Below are positions 8,285-15,716 of a DNA stretch of 64,000 nt, in pieces (position 1 is the first letter of the stretch; the number at the start of each line of letters is the position of its first letter). This DNA is from Acidobacteriota bacterium (GTDB taxonomy: Bacteria; Acidobacteriota; Vicinamibacteria; Vicinamibacterales; 2-12-FULL-66-21). The DNA lies in the NCBI GenBank assembly GCA_046731735.1, contig JBKPLP010000168.1:389-64388 (forward strand). Direction: 5' to 3'. The position numbers and the translations under genes were made by a program. The notes beneath the pieces were generated by a model. The model was given only the letters and a program-made list of their open reading frames with translations, was not told where the DNA came from and did no database searches.

Positions 8285-9911
8285 TGATCTCTGGCAGCGC
8301 CTTCCTCGGCAGCTTCTCGTCCCGCATCGCCGCGTTGTAGGCGAACACCGCGATGACCGTCGCCTGCTGAATCATGTCGTCGCGCTGGACGCGATCGTAG
8401 AAGTCCATGTTCGAGTGGTGCGTCCGCGAGTTGTATTCCAGTCGATCCACCATGAACTGGAATCCGGGCAGGCCGACCTCATCGAACGACACGTGATCCG
8501 TGGAAGACACCGATCGCGGGCCCACGGCAATGACGCCGAGATCCGCAAGTGGCTTCGTCCACTGTTCGAAGATCGGCCTGACGGCGAGATTTCCCTGCAG
8601 CCAGACCCCCCGCACGCGTCCGGTGCCATTGTCGGAATTGAAGTACGCCGCGAGCTTGGCATGATCCGGCTTGAGCGCCATCGTCGCCGCGTCCGCGAAA
8701 TGTTCGCGAACATACGCGCGCGATCCGAGAAGCCCCTGCTCTTCTCCGCCCCACAACGCGATGCGGATCGTGCGCCTCGGCTTGGCGCCGATGACCTTGA
8801 GAATGCGCATCGCCTCCATCATCGCGGCCGATCCAGCCGCGTTATCCGTCGCACCCGTCGCGGCCGCCACGGAGTCGAAATGGGCGCCGAGGATGACGAC
8901 TTCGTCCTTCAGCCTGGCATCCGTTCCGGGAAGCTCGGCGATCGTGTTGAATCCGTTGGGTGTCGCCTCGTCATGGAACTTCGTCTCGACGTTCAGCTCC
9001 ACCTTGACGGGAATCCCTTTCGCGAGCACGCGCACCATGCGGTTGTAGTGCTCGACGGCGAGCGTGATCGTCGGCAGCCCCGTGCCCGCGTCGGTTCCGC
9101 GCGAGCCGTTGCCGGTAGGAAACACGGTCCCGCCGTCGGTGTGCTGCTGCTGCGGCGACAGGTCGCTGCCGATCGACGCGTAGACGGTGTCGCTGCCGCG
9201 ATTGAAAATCGCGATTGCACCCTCGGCCTTGAAGAACTGCCTGACGCGCGCGGCGAACGTCTGCGCGCCGCGGCCGCGCCCTCTCTCCTCGTCGTCGGGA
9301 TCCGTGCTGCCGGGTCCACCGCTCCGGCGGCCGCGGCCGCCAGGCGGGGGAACCGGCGTCGTCGCTGCCTCGGCAAGATCCTTTTCCCCCATGCGATGCA
9401 CGATCAGGCCGTCGAGCATCGGCACTGCACGCTCCATCTGCGAAAGCACGATCTTCCCCGCGAGCCTGCCGCGGTATTTGTCGAAATCCGCATCGCTGTC
9501 GATCTGAACGCGCACGACGTCAGCCGTGACGGTCCCGTTCGTGCCCGGCGTCCAGGAGGCGGGGAATCCGATGAGCGGCTGAACCTGCGGCTCGACCATC
9601 TGCGCACTGAACCGCACGAGCGACCACCCTTTGCCGAACGGCCAGGTCTCGCGATGCACGTTCACGAGCCCCCATTCTTTGAACTTCCGCATGGCCCAGT
9701 CGCTCGCTTGGAGAATCGCCGGGCCGCCGGTCAGCCGCGGGCCATACACGTCGCTCAGCCAGCTGATGTGATCCATCACCTGAGAGCGGTTCAGGCCTTC
9801 GTCCCGAATCCGCGCGATCGTCGGGTAGTCGAGCGCTTCGGTGGGCGCCTGCGCGGGAACAGAGGCAGCAGCGACCGCCAGCAAGGCAGCGGAGGAAATG
9901 AGGAGTCGCAT
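8277..9911 (-). CDS. M28 family metallo-aminopeptidase with PA domain, secreted
   Basis: Motifs HFDSV..ATDNAAGSAAMMEAMR and WGGEEQGLLGSRAYV; signal peptide MRLLISSAALLAVAAASVPAQA. Confidence 0.9.
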   Translation of the reverse strand: MRLLISSAALLAVAAASVPAQAPTEALDYPTIARIRDEGLNRSQVMDHISWLSDVYGPRLTGGPAILQASDWAMRKFKEWGLVNVHRETWPFGKGWSLVRFSAQMVEPQVQPLIGFPASWTPGTNGTVTADVVRVQIDSDADFDKYRGRLAGKIVLSQMERAVPMLDGLIVHRMGEKDLAEAATTPVPPPGGRGRRSGGPGSTDPDDEERGRGRGAQTFAARVRQFFKAEGAIAIFNRGSDTVYASIGSDLSPQQQHTDGGTVFPTGNGSRGTDAGTGLPTITLAVEHYNRMVRVLAKGIPVKVELNVETKFHDEATPNGFNTIAELPGTDARLKDEVVILGAHFDSVAAATGATDNAAGSAAMMEAMRILKVIGAKPRRTIRIALWGGEEQGLLGSRAYVREHFADAATMALKPDHAKLAAYFNSDNGTGRVRGVWLQGNLAVRPIFEQWTKPLADLGVIAVGPRSVSSTDHVSFDEVGLPGFQFMVDRLEYNSRTHHSNMDFYDRVQRDDMIQQATVIAVFAYNAAMRDEKLPRKALPEIRR

Positions 9912-9927
9912 TCGGGAATTCTATCCG

Positions 9928-10126
9928 CGCCTACGCCGCGAAGCGGCTTCGGCGAGGCTCGCGGTAGCCGGCGCTCGCACTCACGCCGGCGTAGGCGGGC
10001 GGATCCCGGATCCCGCATCCCGGATCCCGCATCCCGGGTCCCCCGCCTGCGCCGCAAAGCGGCTACGGCGCGGCCTCGCCGTAGCCGGCGCTCACACTCA
10101 CGCCGGCGTAGGCGGGCGGATCCCGG
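9928..10126. repeat. Composite palindromic element: two ~80-nt REP-like units (9928-10008 and 10044-10126, ~90% identical by eye) flanking GGATCCC/GCATCCC heptamers (10001-10043)
   Basis: Each unit has an outer 11-bp stem CGCCTACGCCG/CGGCGTAGGCG. Unit 2 has a perfect inner 11-bp stem CGGCTACGGCG-cggcct-CGCCGTAGCCG (10060-10087). The element fills the divergent gap between the M28 and AKR genes. Confidence 0.85.
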
Positions 10127-10138
10127 TATGATCCCCTG

Positions 10139-11107
10139 ATGCAGTATCGAACGTTCGGGCGAACGGGTTGGAGTGTGTCGGAAGTCGGCTACGGCATGTG
10201 GGGGATGGCGGGGTGGACCGGGAGCGATGACGACGAATCCATCGCGTCGCTCGATCGCGCCGTCACGCTGGGCTGTAACTTCTTCGACACCGCGTGGGCC
10301 TACGGTGACGGACACAGCGAGGAGTTGCTCGGCCGCCTTCTCAAGCGTCACCCGGATGCGCGCCTCTACAGCGCGACCAAGATTCCTCCCAAGAACCGCA
10401 GATGGCCAGCGCGGCCGGAGTACACGCTCGACGAAGTGTATCCGCCCGACTACATCCGTGAATACACGGAGAAGAGCCTCTCGAACATCGGCGTCTCGAC
10501 GCTCGATCTGCAGCAATTCCACGTGTGGAGCGACACCTGGACGGAAGACGACCGCTGGCAAAAGGCGGCGTCCAGGCTGAAGGAGGAGGGGCTCGTCCGC
10601 GCTATCGGGATCAGCATCAATCGCTGGCAGCCGACCAACGTTCTCCGCGCGCTCGCGACGGGATTGATCGACGCAGTACAGGTCGTCTACAACCTGCTCG
10701 ACTCGAATCCGGAGGACGAACTGTTCCCGTACTGCCGCGAGAACAACATCGCGGTCATCGCCCGGGTGCCGTTCGACGAAGGAAGCCTGACGGGGACGTT
10801 GACGGCGCGCTCCACCTGGCCGGCGGGCGATTTCCGGAACATCTATTTCCGAGGGGAGAATCTCGTCCCTACTCTCGAGCGTATCGAACGCCTAAAGCCG
10901 GTCGTGCCCGCTGGGATGACCATGCCGGAGCTGGCGCTGCGGCACATCCTGCAGAGCCCGGACGTGAGCACGGTCATTCCCGGGATGCGGAAGCTGGAAC
11001 ACGTGGAGCGGAACATCGCGGTCAGCGACGGCAAGCGCCTGCCCGATTCGCTGATGTCCGAGCTCAAGCGTCACCGGTGGGACCGGACGGTCGATTACAT
11101 CGAGTGA
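10139..11107 (+). CDS. Aldo/keto reductase family oxidoreductase
   Basis: FFDTAWAYGDGHSEELLG motif and typical AKR length (322 aa). Confidence 0.9.
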   Translation: MQYRTFGRTGWSVSEVGYGMWGMAGWTGSDDDESIASLDRAVTLGCNFFDTAWAYGDGHSEELLGRLLKRHPDARLYSATKIPPKNRRWPARPEYTLDEVYPPDYIREYTEKSLSNIGVSTLDLQQFHVWSDTWTEDDRWQKAASRLKEEGLVRAIGISINRWQPTNVLRALATGLIDAVQVVYNLLDSNPEDELFPYCRENNIAVIARVPFDEGSLTGTLTARSTWPAGDFRNIYFRGENLVPTLERIERLKPVVPAGMTMPELALRHILQSPDVSTVIPGMRKLEHVERNIAVSDGKRLPDSLMSELKRHRWDRTVDYIE

Positions 11108-11156
11108 ATAAATGACTCGGGGCCACGGAGAATGGGAGCGAAGCGTAAGCCCATCA

Positions 11157-11185
11157 GTGACAAGCACTTACGACCGTGGTATACT
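11157..11185 (+). promoter_or_regulatory. Candidate sigma70-type promoter of rpmE (GTGACA-17 nt-TATACT)
   Basis: Hexamers and the 17-nt spacer were counted directly. The site is 32 nt upstream of the rpmE GTG. Confidence 0.4.
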
Positions 11186-11216
11186 ATCGTTTTGCCCAAA
11201 GCCCCAAGGAGCTGCT

Positions 11217-11486
11217 GTGAAGGAAGGGATTCACCCCAAGTATTTCGACATCGAGGCGCGGTGCGCGTGCGGCGCCACGTGGAAGACACGTTCGACGAAG
11301 CCCGAACTGCACCTCGAAATCTGCAACAACTGCCATCCGTTCTTCACGGGCCGTCAGAAGCTCGTTGACACCGAAGGCCGTGTCGAGCGCTTCACGAAGC
11401 GGTTTGGCGTGCAGACGTCGGAGAGCCGCAAACAGGCCGCGAAGACCGCGCGGACGAAGAAGCAGACCGCCGGCGCCGCGAAATAG
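11217..11486 (+). CDS. rpmE: 50S ribosomal protein L31 (Zn-ribbon type, with Lys-rich C-terminal tail)
   Basis: [40 protein letters not shown] at 11217 is in frame, with AAGGAG 5 nt upstream. The longer ORF from 11112 is rejected. Confidence 0.9.
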   Translation: MKEGIHPKYFDIEARCACGATWKTRSTKPELHLEICNNCHPFFTGRQKLVDTEGRVERFTKRFGVQTSESRKQAAKTARTKKQTAGAAK

Positions 11487-11511
11487 CGCCTCGTCCGCGA
11501 CTCGACCCGAA

Positions 11512-11544
11512 GCCACCGGCTGGTCGCCGGTGGCTTTCGTTTTT
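11512..11544. terminator. Rho-independent terminator after rpmE, possibly bidirectional (GCCACCGGC-tggtc-GCCGGTGGC followed by TTTCGTTTTT)
   Basis: Perfect 9-bp GC stem and T-rich tail read directly. It abuts the stop of the convergent gene at 11544. Confidence 0.75.
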
Positions 11545-12884
11545 CAGCGGCAGAGCTGGTCGAGAAGCGGCACCGCCCGAGTCGAGATCTTGCGTTCCAA
11601 CCGCGCCAGCCGATGCCGGGTCGCGTCCGCTTTGGGGCGGAGATTGGCCTGGGCCGATTCTTCGAGAAGCATCAGCGCGAGCTCCCTGGCACCTGCGTAG
11701 TCGCGCTCGCGATGTTCGTGATGGACCGCAAGCGCCTCGGCGGCAACCTGGCGGAGCGGCCCCAGCAGCTCGCTGCGCCGGCCAAAACGCGGCTGCCGCA
11801 AGTCGAGAATCGTCCGCCACACCGCCGCGGCCTCCGCGAACCGCCGATCGCGCCGAAGCCGCCGCGCCTTGAGATACAGCGCTTCCGCCCTGACGTCGAT
11901 GTGTGCTCCGGGGTCAGCCGCTGCGTGCTCGAAGCACCCGGCCGCACGATCGGCACATCCGGCTCGTTCGTAAATCTTCCCCAGGGCGAGCGCTTCCGCC
12001 GCGTCGCGGCAGCGCGGCGTGCCCTCGTGCACGAGCCGCGACGCATGCGCGGTCAGCGCCGCCAGCGAGACGAGATCGATCCGGTTGTGCTCGAGCACGG
12101 GTTCGAGGGGACAGGGATCGCCGGAACGCACGAACCGAAAGAAGCGCGACGGGATCTCCAGTCCGGGAACGTCGCCGATCCGGCGCACGTCGAAGAGCGC
12201 ACGCTCGAGCGTCGACAGGCGGCAGCCATTTTCGTCGTCCCGCCATAGCCGGCGTGCCGGATGCAGCATGTCGAAATGCGGCACCCGCTCGAGCGACGGC
12301 TCCATCCGGTGAAACAGCCAGCGCGTCTCCATCACCGGCACGTCGAACGTTTTCCCGTTGTAGGTGACGATCAGATCCGCGTCCTCGAAGAAATCCGCGC
12401 AGGCGGCGAGGAGCGCGCGCTCCTTCGAATGGCTGGTGAGCAGAAACTGCCGCACCTGAAACGCGCCGACGTCGAAATATCCACACCCCACCAGGAACGC
12501 GACCATTCCGGCGCCGCCGCTCAGTCCCGTCGTCTCCAGATCGATGAAGATCGTCCGCGGCACCTGACCGCAACGGGCGGCTGGCCAGCCCGCGGTCACC
12601 GCCGCAAGCGAAGGGTCGAGAACGGCCAGCGCGGCAACATCTGCCAACTCGCAATCGCCGATGCGGATACCGCCGTGCCACCGATCCGACTCGTACCGCC
12701 GATCGACGACGAGGCACTCGCCGAACTCGGTATCGATGCGCCGCCCACCGAGCGCGCTGGCCACCCGGTCCAGATCCAGCGCCGCCGCATTCCGATACCC
12801 GTCATCGGGCTCGTAGGTGAGCTCGCGCGTCGGTGTCGGTGGACCGCTTTTGACGATGGCGCGCAGCCGCGAGGAGAGATCCAT
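11544..12884 (-). CDS. RNase H-like (DEDDh) 3'-5' exonuclease with C-terminal TPR region; YprB/MrfB-like
   Basis: IFIDLETTGL (Exo I), TYNGKTFDVPV (Exo II), HNRIDL (Exo III). The C-terminal helical repeats are TPR-like. Its ATG overlaps the stop of the upstream helicase (ATGA). Confidence 0.8.
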   Translation of the reverse strand: MDLSSRLRAIVKSGPPTPTRELTYEPDDGYRNAAALDLDRVASALGGRRIDTEFGECLVVDRRYESDRWHGGIRIGDCELADVAALAVLDPSLAAVTAGWPAARCGQVPRTIFIDLETTGLSGGAGMVAFLVGCGYFDVGAFQVRQFLLTSHSKERALLAACADFFEDADLIVTYNGKTFDVPVMETRWLFHRMEPSLERVPHFDMLHPARRLWRDDENGCRLSTLERALFDVRRIGDVPGLEIPSRFFRFVRSGDPCPLEPVLEHNRIDLVSLAALTAHASRLVHEGTPRCRDAAEALALGKIYERAGCADRAAGCFEHAAADPGAHIDVRAEALYLKARRLRRDRRFAEAAAVWRTILDLRQPRFGRRSELLGPLRQVAAEALAVHHEHRERDYAGARELALMLLEESAQANLRPKADATRHRLARLERKISTRAVPLLDQLCR

Positions 12885-15403
12885 CAGACCGTCTGGACCT
12901 CGAGCAGGCGATCGAGAATGCGCGATGCCACCGTCTTCGCATGCGGTCCCGTGTTCCCTTCAGGGCCGACGCACGAGGGACAGCCCGACGCACACGGACA
13001 TCCGACGATCAGCTCGCGCGTACGCTCGAGCAGCAGATCGTGCATGTCATAAAGGGGACGGCTGAAGCCGATCCCGCCGGGATAGTTGTCGTAGACAAAG
13101 ATGTTCGGTTCGCTCGCCAGGGCGTCTGGCACCCCGCCCATCCCGCCGGTCCGCGTCGTCCGATCGAGCGACCCGCCGTCTACCGACAGTCCGATGTCGT
13201 GCCCGTCGCACATCAGCAGCAGCTGCGCGATGTTCTTCATCGCGAACGCCAGCCCGATGACGCCGTCGCGTCGATCGTCGCCGGCAAATGGCAGCGACGC
13301 GATGACGTCGCCCGGAATCGTCAGCCAGTACGCCGACGTGTGCATCTGCTGCTCCGGCAGATCGAGCTCGCCGGACCCGACATTCTCGTTGGTGTAGAAC
13401 TTGATCTTCTTGAAGCCGACGACGCGCGACACGACATGGACCTCGCCGTGGGACTTCGCCGCGTCCGGGATCCGGGATCCGGGATCCGGGATCCGATCGG
13501 ATCCCGCATCACGCATCCCGCACCCCGATGCGAAGGTATCGAGAATCGTCACCTTGGTGTAGGTGATCGCGTTCGTGTAGTAGTCGCAGTCGACATGACG
13601 GAGGTACGCTTTCCGCCCGTCGAAATCCAGGCGCTCGACCTGGAACAGCTGCCCCTCCAGGATGTAGATCGCCTTTTCGTGGAGTATCGCCGGCGCGCTG
13701 GTGAAATCGGTCTCGCCGATCACGCGTTCGCCGTTCGTCGTGTCGATGACCACGAAGTTGTCCGACGACACGGATCGCAGGCTGACGGCGTCGGCGGGGT
13801 ACGATTCGTTTGTCCAGTTCCACTGCCCGTCCGCCTGGTGCACGAAGCCTTCTTCCGACAGCACCGCCAGCACCGCCTGCACGTCGACGTCTCCGGCGCG
13901 TCCGTCGGCGCCGAACTGCTCGTCGTTCGTGAACGGCAGCTCGAAGGCGGCGCATTTGACGTGATCGAGCAGGATGTGCAGGTTGTCGGGATTGATGAGC
14001 GCATGCTCGGGCGACGCGCCGAAGAAGTACGACGGGTTGCGCACGATGAACTGATCGATCGGCGCGCTGCTCGCCACCAGCACCGCCGCCGACCTGGTCG
14101 TCCGGCGGCCGGCCCGCCCGGCGCGCTGCCACGTGGCCGCGATCGTACCCGGGTAGCCGGCGAGTACCGCGACGTCGAGCGCGCCGATGTCGATCCCGAG
14201 CTCGAGCGCGTTCGTCGACACCACCGCGCGCACCTGTCCCTCGCGCAAGCCACGCTCGATCTCGCGCCGCCGGTTCGGCAGGTAGCCGCCGCGATAGCCG
14301 CGAATCACGTCGGCGGCGCCGGGGGGACCATGAAACGCGTCCTTGAGATACGTCGTCAGGATCTCGACCGCGAGGCGGCTCTGGCCGAACACGATCAGCT
14401 GGAGGTTGTGCTTGAGGAACTCGAGCGCGACCCGGCGGGTTTCCGCGAGGTACGACCGCCGGATGCCCAGCTGCGCGTTCACGACCGGCGGGTTCACGAA
14501 GAGAAAGAACTTTTCCCCGCGCGGCGCGCCGTTCTTCTCCACCAGCTCGAACCGACGCCCGATCAGCCCTTCGGCGAGCTCGCGCGGGTTCGCGATCGTC
14601 GCCGACGAGCAGATGAAGATCGGATCCGATCCGTAGTGACGGCAGATCCGCTGCAGGCGCCGCATGATGTTCGCGAGGTGACTGCCGAACACGCCACGGT
14701 ATGCGTGCAGCTCGTCGACCACGACGAAGCGAAGGTTCTCGAAGAGTTTCCCCCAGCGCGGATGGTGCGGCAGGATCCCGGAGTGCACCATGTCGGGGTT
14801 GCTGAGGACCACGTGCGCTTTGCCGCGGATCGCGCGCCGCGCGTCGGCCGGCGTGTCGCCGTCGTAGGTGAAGACCCCGATCTCGAGCTCCGTGCCTCGC
14901 GCGACGATTTCCGACAGCGTGTGGAGCTCCGCCAGCTGGTCCTGCGCGAGCGCCTTCGTCGGAAAGAGATACAACGCGCGTGTCGCCGGATCCTGCAGAA
15001 TCGCGTTCATTACCGGCGCGTTGTAGCAAAGCGTCTTTCCCGACGCGGTGGGCGTGATGGTCACGACGTTCCGGCGCGCGAGGACGTGGTCGAACGCCTC
15101 CGCCTGGTGCGTGTAGAGCTGCTCGATGCCGCGGGTACGAAGCGCCGAAACGAGCCGTTCGTCGGTCCCGTCCGGATACGGCGCGAACGCCGCGGGGATC
15201 GCCGGCAGACGGTGCGCCGCCGTGACGATCGGCTCCTCCTCGGGACCAAGCGGCCCGCGCGAGGACGTCAGCCGGCTCAACACCTCCTGCAGCAGCCGAT
15301 CTTTGTCTCCGGTAACGACGGGCAGGGTCTGGTTCGGCATGGAAACTATTGACCGCACAGGAATTGCGGGGCCCATCGTAGCAGGCCACGGGGAGGCGAT
15401 CAA
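12884..15403 (-). CDS. DEAD/DEAH-box helicase with C-terminal DUF1998/MZB Cys-cluster domain; YprA/MrfA-like. Start uncertain (TTG 15403, ATG 15376 or ATG 15340)
   Basis: Motif I TPTASGKT, motif II DELH, motif III SAT, motif VI QRAGRAGR, C-terminal CPCASGCPSC. Confidence 0.9.
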   Translation of the reverse strand: MIASPWPATMGPAIPVRSIVSMPNQTLPVVTGDKDRLLQEVLSRLTSSRGPLGPEEEPIVTAAHRLPAIPAAFAPYPDGTDERLVSALRTRGIEQLYTHQAEAFDHVLARRNVVTITPTASGKTLCYNAPVMNAILQDPATRALYLFPTKALAQDQLAELHTLSEIVARGTELEIGVFTYDGDTPADARRAIRGKAHVVLSNPDMVHSGILPHHPRWGKLFENLRFVVVDELHAYRGVFGSHLANIMRRLQRICRHYGSDPIFICSSATIANPRELAEGLIGRRFELVEKNGAPRGEKFFLFVNPPVVNAQLGIRRSYLAETRRVALEFLKHNLQLIVFGQSRLAVEILTTYLKDAFHGPPGAADVIRGYRGGYLPNRRREIERGLREGQVRAVVSTNALELGIDIGALDVAVLAGYPGTIAATWQRAGRAGRRTTRSAAVLVASSAPIDQFIVRNPSYFFGASPEHALINPDNLHILLDHVKCAAFELPFTNDEQFGADGRAGDVDVQAVLAVLSEEGFVHQADGQWNWTNESYPADAVSLRSVSSDNFVVIDTTNGERVIGETDFTSAPAILHEKAIYILEGQLFQVERLDFDGRKAYLRHVDCDYYTNAITYTKVTILDTFASGCGMRDAGSDRIPDPGSRIPDAAKSHGEVHVVSRVVGFKKIKFYTNENVGSGELDLPEQQMHTSAYWLTIPGDVIASLPFAGDDRRDGVIGLAFAMKNIAQLLLMCDGHDIGLSVDGGSLDRTTRTGGMGGVPDALASEPNIFVYDNYPGGIGFSRPLYDMHDLLLERTRELIVGCPCASGCPSCVGPEGNTGPHAKTVASRILDRLLEVQTV
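13462..13524. repeat. Palindromic heptamer element R4 inside the helicase CDS ((CGGGATC)x4 - GGATCCGATCGGATCC core - degenerate GCATCCC arm)
   Basis: The 16-nt perfect palindrome is at 13489-13504. About 44 nt are identical (in reverse orientation) to the intergenic copy at 47080-47152. It is translated in frame as CGMRDAGSDRIPDPGSRIPD. Confidence 0.85.
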
Positions 15404-15420
15404 GTGGCGAAGGTGCGGGG

Positions 15421-15716
15421 GGATCGATTGACGATTGCAGACTGCCGATTGCCGATTTCATAGATTGACGGTTGCAGATTGAGATTGGCGAGTGCTGAGT
15501 GCCAGTGTCGACTGCTGAGTGCCGAACGCCGAATCCGAATGAAAATGTGATTAATCAGAATGGCAATCGAGATCAGGAGTCGCAATCGACAATCGGCAAT
15601 CCCATTCGGCAATCGGCAATGCAATCGACAACCGGCAATCCCAATCGACAATCAACAAATCTCAATCGACAATCGGCAATCGCAAAATCGGCACTCGGCA
15701 ATCGTCAATCGGCATT
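15421..15716. repeat. Largest array R5: left arm of CGATTG-type units, right arm of CAATCG-type units (reverse complements), AT-richer centre
   Basis: Read directly. The outermost 14 nt pair perfectly (15425-15438 CGATTGACGATTGC with 15698-15711 GCAATCGTCAATCG). The centre has TGCTGAGTGCC x2 flanking GTCGAC. Confidence 0.9.

Noticed and set aside
6597-10139. 1180-aa ORF on the plus strand spanning the AsmA-like and M28 genes.
   Set aside because: It lies antisense to two genes with clear family motifs. Its translation is Arg/Gly/Pro/Ala-rich with no recognisable domain. This is the typical stop-codon-poor antisense frame of GC-rich DNA.
12941-15461. 803-aa plus-strand ORF and 650-aa alternative minus-strand ORF overlapping the helicase gene.
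   Set aside because: The helicase frame carries all SF2 motifs. The overlapping frames are Arg-rich low-complexity sequence without motifs.
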